A program made the position numbers and the translations under genes. A stretch of DNA of 10,615 bases from Armatimonadota bacterium (GTDB lineage Bacteria; Armatimonadota; Zipacnadia; Zipacnadales; UBA5352). How positions within the stretch are numbered: position 1 is the first letter of the stretch; every line of letters begins with the position of its first letter. The notes beneath the pieces were generated by a model that saw only the letters and a list, made by a program, of their open reading frames with translations, had not been told where the DNA came from and searched no databases. The stretch is from NCBI GenBank assembly GCA_034722055.1, contig JAYENL010000110.1, forward strand, positions 1-10,615, given 5' to 3'. Below, piece after piece: positions 1 through 6,987 of this stretch.

Positions 1-33
1 CCGTTCGTCGTCGCCGTTGCCATTTGCCGTTCC

Positions 34-350
34 GTGGCACGGACACTCCTGTCCGTGCGTCGTTCGCCGTCGGATTAGCGCCGAACAACAACGGCCGGGC
101 GGGAACGGAGGCGCGCCTCTCCAAACAGCGCGACACAGGGGCGTCGGAGGGGCCGTCCTGAGGAGGGCTGTCAGGCCCGACGAAGTCGGCCCCTGTCGTC
201 AGGCGCGGGGGAGTCTTGAGATCCGCTGGCCGTTCCATGCTCGGGCCGACTTCGCGCGCCTCGTTGCGGCGCGCTCAGGCGGCCCCTCCAGGGCCCTTGC
301 TATCGTCGTCGCGAGACAACGGCCGGGCGCCAGCGGAGTCGCGCCCCTCC
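34..350. repeat. REP-like hairpin array A (at least 6 units, mixed orientation; may extend left of the window)
   Basis: Units: 34-58(+) GTGG then GCACGGACA-CTCC-TGTCCGTGC perfect hairpin; 88-122(-) and 316-350(-) match each other at 30/35 nt (GGAG...GCCCGGCCGTTGT); 146-193(+) and 243-289(-) share GGAGGGGCCG(T)CCTGAG..CGAAGTCGGCCC; 202-234(+) matches the reverse complement of 5949-5981 at 28/33 nt. Confidence 0.8.
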
Positions 351-386
351 AGATGGCGCGGCAAATGCGGGACAGGCTGCATCGAC

Positions 387-1757
387 CTACCTGGTGGCGG
401 GCGCGAAGCGCAGCGCGAAGAGGTCCGCGTCCCGCATGGCGAAGCGCAGCCTGACCGGCGTTCCCGCCCACTTCCGCACCGCGGGCGCCGCCGGCCAGGG
501 GACTCCCATGTCGATCTCGTCCCCGTAGATCTCCGGGCAGTCCTGGAGGCTCATGCCTGGCAGCGGCCGGCCCTGCTTGTCCTGCAGCTCCACGTGGATG
601 CCGCCCGCCGCGGACGTGGAGCAGTTCAGCAGCAGCCGCTCGCCCTCGAAGGTGAACGGCTTCGTGACCAGCTCCCCGCCCGCGTACGGGGCATTCACCG
701 ACACGAAGCCGTCCGTGCGCACTGTCCCGCGGACGATGCGCGGCGCGGGCCGCCGGTAGTCCTCCATCCAGTACACTGACAGCTCCCCCGGCGCGCTCGG
801 GATCATGCCGCGCGCCACCATGAAGTTCCGCTCCGTCCAGCAGCGACTCCCCAGGCCCGGTCGCACAAAGGCCTCCAGGTGCCGGTGCCAGTGCAGCCCG
901 TCGCGGCTGGTCATGAAGACCGCCTCCGAGAGCCCCTGGTGGGGCCACTCCTCCACGCGCTTGCGGTGCGGCACGAAGCGCTTCGGGAAGGCCAGGAGGA
1001 TGTGCGGCGCCCGGTCGTAGGGCACCGTCGCGTTGGTGTAGAGGTGCTCCAGCGGCGCGTCGCCCATGTCCAGTGGCTCGGGGTCGCTCCAGTGGATGAA
1101 GTCGTCCGAGCGCGACAGGAAGATGTGCCGCACCGGGCCGACCCAGATGCGGCCGTAGAGGCGGTACTCGCCGGCCACCTCGTCCCAGAAGCCCACGTTC
1201 TGGCTGTCCAGCATCACCTTCGGGTCCCGGGCCCTGAAGACCGGCTCCCCATTGTTGAGCTGCCGCCAGTGGATGCCGTCACCGGACGCGTAGGCCTGGA
1301 GCGAGTGCAGCCGATCCCCCACGTCCGGCCCATAGGCCAGGGCCTTGTAGCGCTCCTCGTCCGGGACGCCGGGGCAGGTGTCGCGCACCGGCGCGAAGTT
1401 GTGCCCTCCCCGCTCCCCGGCCATGGTCTCGTCCGAGAGGAGGATGTTGTTCTCCGCCGAGCCGTCGAACTCGATGAGGCCCAGCGACGGCCGCCTCCAC
1501 TGGATGCCGTCCTCGCTCTCGGCCAGACACACGCAGGCGGGGCCGTGCTCGTCGGGCCAGCCGCGGTAGTACATCCGCCAGCCACCCCCGTGAGGCACGA
1601 TCGCGGGATAGCCGCACAGCGAGCCCTCCCAGCCCCGATCCAGGGTGATGACTGTGCCCTGCCGCTGCGGAGAGTGCAGGCGCAGGCTGAGCCCCTCCAT
1701 GCGCTCGATCAGGAAGTCATCGACGAACAGCTCCAGGCGCGACTTCAGCTCGATCAT
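387..1757 (-). CDS. Putative five-bladed beta-propeller glycoside-hydrolase-like protein (GH32/GH43-like fold) with C-terminal beta-sandwich, 456 aa
   Basis: Long ORF with strong GC3 bias. Start ATG 1757 (MIELKSRLELFVDDFLIE) is preceded by GGGAGCGGGAAG. Asp-box-like repeats SEDGIQW, SGDGIHW, SDDFIHW, SRDGLHW; DSQN motif; C-terminal RTDGFVS..GELVTKPF..VRLRF. No signal peptide seen; substrate unknown. Confidence 0.8.
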   Translation of the reverse strand: MIELKSRLELFVDDFLIERMEGLSLRLHSPQRQGTVITLDRGWEGSLCGYPAIVPHGGGWRMYYRGWPDEHGPACVCLAESEDGIQWRRPSLGLIEFDGSAENNILLSDETMAGERGGHNFAPVRDTCPGVPDEERYKALAYGPDVGDRLHSLQAYASGDGIHWRQLNNGEPVFRARDPKVMLDSQNVGFWDEVAGEYRLYGRIWVGPVRHIFLSRSDDFIHWSDPEPLDMGDAPLEHLYTNATVPYDRAPHILLAFPKRFVPHRKRVEEWPHQGLSEAVFMTSRDGLHWHRHLEAFVRPGLGSRCWTERNFMVARGMIPSAPGELSVYWMEDYRRPAPRIVRGTVRTDGFVSVNAPYAGGELVTKPFTFEGERLLLNCSTSAAGGIHVELQDKQGRPLPGMSLQDCPEIYGDEIDMGVPWPAAPAVRKWAGTPVRLRFAMRDADLFALRFAPATR

Positions 1758-1847
1758 CTTCCCGCTCCCGGGACGACGCGATCGCGCAGCGGACATCCCT
1801 TCGCTGCCCGTCGCCGGGAACCTGCGCCAAGGAATCCGCCCCTGGAG

Positions 1848-1876
1848 GGAACCCCCTGGGGCGGCCGAATCGTCTT
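1848..1876 (+). promoter_or_regulatory. Candidate ECF-sigma promoter for the VIT-vWA gene
   Basis: GGAACC (1848-1853), 17 nt, then CGTCTT (1871-1876), resembling the GGAAC...CGTC ECF consensus. Lies upstream of SD GGAGGAGG and ATG 1916. Confidence 0.35.
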
Positions 1877-1915
1877 ACGGGCTGAGGGAGGGGAGCAGAC
1901 GGAGGAGGGTTCGAC

Positions 1916-4261
1916 ATGGCCCGAAGGCTGCTGCTGTGCGGGATCCTGCTGGGCATCGTCACCTGCAGCGCGACCGCCGACGGTATCCTCATCCCCGGAC
2001 CGCCGGAGCGTCCCGAGCCGGAGGTCCCCTGGTTCACCATCAAGTATCACCACGTGGACGTGGAGGTCCGCGACCAGGTCGCCACCACGGTCATCGATCA
2101 GGTCTTTGTCAATGAGTCCAACCGGGAGGTGGAGGCCACCTACATCTTCCCGCTGCCGCCCAACTCGGTGGTGCAGGACTTCGCGGTGGAGGCCGACGGC
2201 CAGAGGATGGAGAGCCGGCTGCTGGAGGCCGATGAGGCCCAGCGCACCTATGAGGAGATCATGCGCCGCCGCAAGGACCCGGCGCTGTTCCAGTACGCCG
2301 GCAACGATACCTACCGCGCCCGCATCTACCCCATCCCGGCCGACGGTGAGCGCCGCATCGTCATCACCTACTCGGAGCTGCTGCCCCAGGATGCCGATGT
2401 CGTGGAGTACCTCTACCCCATGAGCACCGAGCAGTTCTCCACCGAGCCGGTGGCGGAGACGGTCTTCAACTGCAGCATCGAGTCCCGCGATCCCATCGCC
2501 AGCGTCTACTGCCCCTCCCACAACGTCTCCATCGACCGCAAGGACCAGCACCGCGCCACCGTCTCATACGAGGAGAACGACACCCGCCCCGACCGCGACG
2601 TGCGCCTCTACTACACGGTCTCGCACGATGACGTCGGCACGCACATCCTGACCTACAAGGATGGCGGCGACGACGGCTTCTTCCTGCTCCTCTCGGCGCC
2701 GTCGGTGGAGCCCGATACCGACCCGCTGCCCAAGAGCGTGGTCTTCGTCCTCGACCGCTCCGGCAGCATGAGCGGAGAGAAGATCGAGCAGGCCCGGGAT
2801 GCCCTGACATTCTGCGTCAACCGGCTGGGGGAGGAGGATCGCTTCGAGATCATCACCTTCAGCGACAACATCCGCTCCTTCGGCGAGCAGCTCCAGCAGG
2901 CCACGGCGGAGCGGGTGGAGGATGCGCGGGGCTTCATCGCGCAGATGGAGGCGGCCGGCTCCACGGACATCAACGCAGCCATGCAGCTCGCCATGCAGCG
3001 CCGCGATGAGGGGCGGCCCAACTACATCGTGATGCTCACCGACGGCCTGCCCACCGCCGGCGTGACCGATCTCGACGAGATTCTGGCGAACGTGGATGAG
3101 GCCCGCCAGGAGATGCAGGAGGCGTCCACACGCGTCTTCGTCTTCGGCGTGGGCTACGACGTGGACACCCACTTCCTGGACACAATGTCGCTGGACAACG
3201 GCGGCGTGGCCGCCTACGTGCGCCCCGAGGAGAGCATCGAGGCCAAGGTCTCCAGCTTCTACGCCAAGATCTCCCGGCCCATGCTCACCGACATCACCCT
3301 CGACTTCGGCGACATCACGGCCTACGACATGTTCCCCAAGGAGCTGCCTGACCTGTTCTACGGCTCCCAGATCGTGGCCCTGGGGCGGTACGACCAGCGC
3401 ACCACCGGCCCCTGCACTGTCGCGCTCTCGGGCCAGACCCCGGAGGGCTCGCAGACTTTCGCGGTCAGGGCCAGCTTCCCCGAGCAGAGCAGCTCGCGGG
3501 AGTACATCCCGCCGCTGTGGGCGGCTCGCAAGATCGGCTGGCTGCTGGATCAGATCCGCCTGCAGGGCGAGGAGAAGGAGCTGGTCGATGAGATCGTGCG
3601 CCTCGGCACGGAGTACGGGATCCTGACGGAGTACACCTCCTTCCTGGCCGAGGAGGCGGGCCCCATCACGGTGGAGGAGGCCGCGGACCGCCTGGCGGCG
3701 CCCGGCGGGGCCTTCAGCCCCGGTGGGGCATTGGCCACCGAGCGCATGGGCGGCTACGCCATCTCCCAGCGCGACAACGCCCTGGCCATGCAGCGGGCGG
3801 AGAACGTGGCGGCTCAGAACATGTATCAGGACGCCCAGGGCCAGTGGCAGCGTGTCGCCAACATCCGCAATGTGGGCCAGCGCGGCTTCATCCAGCAGGG
3901 CGAGCAGTGGGTGGACAGCCGCCTGCGCGTGGCTGAGGAGGAGGAGCTTGACCCCGAGCTGCAGGTGCAGGCCTTCAGCGAGGCGCACTTCCAGCTCTCG
4001 CGGGCCTTCCCGGTGCTCAACTCCCAGCTCTCCGTCGCCGACCGCATGCTGGTGCTCATCAACGGGCACGTGGTGGAGATCGCCGATGAGGGCCAGACCG
4101 AGCTGTCGGAGGCCGAGCTTCAGCAGCTCCAGCAGCCCGCGGCGGGGGAGATCGGCGCCGCCCCCGCTGAGCCCGAGACGCGGCTGGGCCGACATGGGCT
4201 CCTCGACGGCCTCGGCCGAATGCTGGCAGGAGTCCTGCTCAGCGTCCAGAAGTACATCTGA
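1916..4261 (+). CDS. Secreted VIT (vault/inter-alpha-trypsin) and von Willebrand factor A domain protein, 781 aa
   Basis: SD GGAGGAGG; N-terminal Sec-like signal MARRLLLCGILLGIVTCSATA|DG; VIT-like segment (ATTVIDQVFVN..EATYIFPLP..YEEIMRRRKDPALFQY); vWA MIDAS motif DRSGS..GST..LTDG; FGVGYDVD; LWAARKIG..EIVRLG..YGILTEYTSFL tail typical of this family. Confidence 0.92.
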   Translation: MARRLLLCGILLGIVTCSATADGILIPGPPERPEPEVPWFTIKYHHVDVEVRDQVATTVIDQVFVNESNREVEATYIFPLPPNSVVQDFAVEADGQRMESRLLEADEAQRTYEEIMRRRKDPALFQYAGNDTYRARIYPIPADGERRIVITYSELLPQDADVVEYLYPMSTEQFSTEPVAETVFNCSIESRDPIASVYCPSHNVSIDRKDQHRATVSYEENDTRPDRDVRLYYTVSHDDVGTHILTYKDGGDDGFFLLLSAPSVEPDTDPLPKSVVFVLDRSGSMSGEKIEQARDALTFCVNRLGEEDRFEIITFSDNIRSFGEQLQQATAERVEDARGFIAQMEAAGSTDINAAMQLAMQRRDEGRPNYIVMLTDGLPTAGVTDLDEILANVDEARQEMQEASTRVFVFGVGYDVDTHFLDTMSLDNGGVAAYVRPEESIEAKVSSFYAKISRPMLTDITLDFGDITAYDMFPKELPDLFYGSQIVALGRYDQRTTGPCTVALSGQTPEGSQTFAVRASFPEQSSSREYIPPLWAARKIGWLLDQIRLQGEEKELVDEIVRLGTEYGILTEYTSFLAEEAGPITVEEAADRLAAPGGAFSPGGALATERMGGYAISQRDNALAMQRAENVAAQNMYQDAQGQWQRVANIRNVGQRGFIQQGEQWVDSRLRVAEEEELDPELQVQAFSEAHFQLSRAFPVLNSQLSVADRMLVLINGHVVEIADEGQTELSEAELQQLQQPAAGEIGAAPAEPETRLGRHGLLDGLGRMLAGVLLSVQKYI

Positions 4262-4342
4262 GGACTGAGGTGTGCTGCGCCTATCGTGGCTCCCGGCCTC
4301 GGCGGCCGGGAGCCCGTCGATTCACAAGCGAGGGATTCCGGA

Positions 4343-4960
4343 ATGCTGCCCATCGGCCCCCTGATGAAGGAGCACAGGCGCATCGAGCGCATGGTGGCGC
4401 TGATCGACCGGGAGGCCCGACGTCTGGCGAACGACGGCTCCGCCGAGCCGGACACGCAGTTCATCCGCGACGCGGTTCCCTTCATGCGGGAGTACGCCGA
4501 CCAGTGTCACCACGGGAAGGAGGAGGATATCCTCTTCGCGGCGCTCGGCGAGCGCGGCATCTCCGACGAGCATCAGCAGATCCTGGAGCGGCTGCTCGAC
4601 GACCACCGGCGGGCGCGGGAGCTCGGCGCCTCGCTCTTGGACGCCACGCAGCGCTGGGAGGACGGCCAGGAGGGCGCCCGGCCGCAGGTCGTGGATGCTC
4701 TTCAGAGCCTCGCGGAGCTGTATCCCGAGCACATCGCCACGGAGGACCAAGACTTCTTCATCCCCGTGATGGATTACCTCGATGAGGAGGAGCAGCGGGA
4801 GATGATGAACGATATGTGGGACTTCGACCGCGAGCTCTTCGCCGCGCGCTACGAGGAGCTTCTGCAGCAGTACGAGCCTGAATCCCAGGCAGGACAGATA
4901 CGCCGGAGCACGAATCCGTGTAAGGATATGCGGTCGCGGAGGACCTTGAGGAGGTGGTGA
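4343..4960 (+). CDS. Hemerythrin-like / HHE cation-binding domain protein
   Basis: Start MLPIGPLMKEHRRIE at ATG 4343 after GAGGGA. Metal-ligand pattern EH..., HHGKEEDILF, DDH, EHIATED. The last ~26 codons have atypical codon usage (see findings). Confidence 0.88.
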   Translation: MLPIGPLMKEHRRIERMVALIDREARRLANDGSAEPDTQFIRDAVPFMREYADQCHHGKEEDILFAALGERGISDEHQQILERLLDDHRRARELGASLLDATQRWEDGQEGARPQVVDALQSLAELYPEHIATEDQDFFIPVMDYLDEEEQREMMNDMWDFDRELFAARYEELLQQYEPESQAGQIRRSTNPCKDMRSRRTLRRW

Positions 4961-4961
4961 G

Positions 4962-5699
4962 GTGGAAAGAGGCGAGTTCGTTCGGGCCGTTGCCTCAGCC
5001 GGCCTCGCCGGTATCGCTCTTCTGAGCGGCAGCGGCCGGGCCGGGACAGCCGCACCGGGGGCCGTTGACGCACTCGACGACATCATCGGAGGAGGGGTCG
5101 GACAGATGCCATTCGAGCTACCGCCACTGCCGTACGACTACAACGCGCTGGAGCCGTTCCTGGGGGAGCAGACGCTCGCGCTGCATCACGACAAGCATCA
5201 CCAGGGCTACGTGAACGGACTCAACGAGGCCGAGGAGAAGGTCGCCGCCGCCCGCGAGGCCGGAGACTTCTCGGCCATCCGCGCGCTGTGCGACGCGCTG
5301 GCCTTCAACTACTCCGGGCACATCTTCCACAGCATCTTCTGGGGCAACATGAGCCCCGACGGTGGCGGGACGCCCGACGGTCCGCTGGCCGATCAGATCG
5401 CGACCGACTTCGGCAGCTTCGATGACTTCAGGGCCCACTTCCTGGCCGCCACCAACTCCGTGCAGGGCTCCGGCTGGGGCGTGCTGGCCTGGCAGCCTCT
5501 GGGCGAGAAGCTCGTTATCCTGCAGGCCGAGAAGCACCAGAATCTGGCGCAGTGGGGCGTGGCGCCCATCATGGTGCTGGACGTGTGGGAGCACGCCTAT
5601 TACCTGGACTACCAGAACCGCCGGAGCGAGTTCACCGAGGGGTTCTTCGATGTGGTGAACTGGGAGGACATCGCGGCCCGGCTGCGGCAGGCGAAGTAA
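4962..5699 (+). CDS. sod: Fe/Mn superoxide dismutase; alternative start at ATG 5106 gives a 197-aa core
   Basis: FELPPLPYDYNALEP, LHHDKHHQGYV, FNYSGHIFHSIFW, GSGWG and the DVWEHAYY signature. SD GAGGAGG precedes GTG 4962 and GGAGGAGG precedes ATG 5106. Metal specificity cannot be assigned. Confidence 0.96.
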   Translation: MERGEFVRAVASAGLAGIALLSGSGRAGTAAPGAVDALDDIIGGGVGQMPFELPPLPYDYNALEPFLGEQTLALHHDKHHQGYVNGLNEAEEKVAAAREAGDFSAIRALCDALAFNYSGHIFHSIFWGNMSPDGGGTPDGPLADQIATDFGSFDDFRAHFLAATNSVQGSGWGVLAWQPLGEKLVILQAEKHQNLAQWGVAPIMVLDVWEHAYYLDYQNRRSEFTEGFFDVVNWEDIAARLRQAK

Positions 5700-5721
5700 C
5701 GCGATCGCGAGGCAGGCGACA

Positions 5722-5753
5722 CAGCGGAGGGCCCGGCTACGGGCCCTTCGCTG
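5722..5753 (+). terminator. Strong hairpin 22 nt after the sod stop; probable terminator or 3' stabilising stem
   Basis: CAGCGGAGGGCCCG-GCTA-CGGGCCCTTCGCTG, a 14-bp stem with one G-U pair. No U tract. Confidence 0.55.
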
Positions 5754-5818
5754 CATGTCAGGGCCGTCGGCAGCATCGTTCCCCGCGTCCGTCAAGGGTC
5801 CGAGACCGGTCGCGAGGA

Positions 5819-5996
5819 GTGGGTCGAGCTTCCAGCCCGACACCTTTTGGCGCAGGTCCGCGCCCTACAAGGGCAACGACAGACGACAACGACCGGGCGG
5901 GCAAGGAAGCCCGCCGCTCCGTACGGCATTAGGGCAACGGGTCACGTCAACGGCCGGCGGGTCTCAAGACGCCGCCGCTCCGGACGAAGGAACGGC
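5819..5996 (+). repeat. ~180-bp direct repeat, copy 1
   Basis: Aligns end to end with 6349-6531, with scattered substitutions and a 5-nt indel. Confidence 0.93.
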
Positions 5997-6271
5997 AACT
6001 GATGACGACAACCGGCGGCACGGCAGAGGCCGCGCACTACAAGGAAACGTCGCGCCTTTGGCCGTACGGAGGGGCGGCGTGCCCACGCCGCCCGCCGTTG
6101 AGGCCGTTGCCCGTCGGTGTTTCCGCGCCGTATGGAGGGGTCGGACTACCGTCCGGCCCGCCGTTGATGGTTGTCGTGTGGAGGAGCCGCACCACGACGG
6201 GTGCGCAGCGCGCGGGGTGGGGCTGTGGCCAGGGGGAGAGACGCGCAAGCGTCCCCAGGAGGTCGGCGCGA

Positions 6272-6371
6272 CTGTGAACCGCGTAGGTCGGGCTTCCAGC
6301 CCGACTGTGAACCGCGTGGGTCGGGCTTCCAGGGCGACTCCGAACCGCGTAGGTCGGGCTTCCAGCCCGAC
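6272..6371 (+). repeat. Tandem repeat, 3 x 33 bp, each containing GTAGGTCGGGCTTCCAGCCCGAC
   Basis: Cores start at 6283, 6316 and 6349 (exact 33-nt period). Linkers are TGTGAACCGC and TCCGAACCGC. Confidence 0.95.
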
Positions 6372-6531
6372 TCCTTTTGGCGCGGCACAGGTCCGCGCCC
6401 TACAAGGGCAACGACAGACGACAACGACCGGGCGGGCAAGGAAGCCCGGCATTCCGTACGGCATTAGGGCAACGGATCGCGTCAACGGCCGGCGGGTCCG
6501 AAGACGCCGCCGCTCCGGACGACGTAACGGC
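6349..6531 (+). repeat. ~180-bp direct repeat, copy 2
   Basis: Same block as 5819-5996, including AGGTCCGCGCCCTACAAGGGCAACGACAGACGACAACGACCGGGCGGGCAAGGAAGCCCG. Confidence 0.93.
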
Positions 6532-6585
6532 TTCGAAGGCCGGCGGGACACAGGAGAGCGTCTCCCACGTCAATGCAGGCGCGCC

Positions 6586-6987
6586 TCATCGCCACAGCTC
6601 CTTGTCGGTGAGTCTGCCGACCATGACGATGACCGCGATGGTGCCGCCGACGAAGGCCGCGATGCCCGAGGCGGCCATGACAGTGCGCTCACCCCAGAAC
6701 ATGAACGACCGAGCCATGAGGGCGAAGACGAACAGCCAGCCACCGCCGGCGCCCACCAGCCAGGACCCGATGGGCAGGATGGCGTGAATCGCCGCCTCGC
6801 TTGGCTCATCGCGCCCGGCGATCAGGCCCCCAGCCAGCGCGCCGCCGACCACGCCGATCAGGCTCGGCCAGAACAGACCCAGCCCGCCCAGCCAGGCTAC
6901 TGCCACACCGAGTGGCCCGCCGAGGATGCTCCCCACGGCCGCCCAGCGCATGGGCCCGTGCGATGCTTCGCTCGATGGCTTACTCAC
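6586..6987 (-). CDS. Small Gly-rich integral membrane protein (about 4 TM helices), 133 aa, unknown function
   Basis: Hydrophobic GxxxG-rich segments. The GTG start overlaps the upstream stop (GTGAGTAA). Motif PMRWAAVGSILGGPLG is shared with the upstream paralog. Confidence 0.75.
   Translation of the reverse strand: MSKPSSEASHGPMRWAAVGSILGGPLGVAVAWLGGLGLFWPSLIGVVGGALAGGLIAGRDEPSEAAIHAILPIGSWLVGAGGGWLFVFALMARSFMFWGERTVMAASGIAAFVGGTIAVIVMVGRLTDKELWR

Larger units (their letters stand above)
5819..6568. repeat. REP-like hairpin mosaic array B (~15 units) between convergent genes
   Basis: GTAG/GTGG/GGAG-headed hairpins at 5819(+), 5868(-), 5920(-), 5981(-), 6040(-), 6068(+), 6134(+), 6178(+), 6283(+), 6316(+), 6349(+), three minus-strand units in 6379-6516 that duplicate those in 5849-5981, and 6568(-). 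Many end in GCCGTTG or GTTGTCGTC tails. Confidence 0.85.

Noticed and set aside
158..184. Hammerhead ribozyme (CTGAGGA followed by a stem)
   Set aside because: The stem is followed by GACG rather than GAAA, and the sister copy (243-289) has CTGAGCG, breaking the CUGANGA core.
17..454. 145-aa plus-strand ORF and overlapping ORFs in array A
   Set aside because: Arg-rich translation of repeat DNA from a TTG start, with no coding signature.
879..2423. 514-aa plus-strand ORF
   Set aside because: Antisense shadow of the glycoside-hydrolase-like gene running out of frame into the VIT-vWA gene; typical of high-GC DNA.
2564..4195. 543-aa minus-strand ORF
   Set aside because: Antisense shadow of the VIT-vWA gene; no recognisable motifs.
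6272..6371. CRISPR array
   Set aside because: The 'spacers' are only 10 nt and nearly identical, and no cas genes are in the window. It is a tandem REP-like repeat.
5819..6531. DGR template/variable repeat pair or IS terminal repeats
   Set aside because: Differences are not confined to adenines, neither copy lies in a CDS, and no reverse transcriptase or transposase is present.
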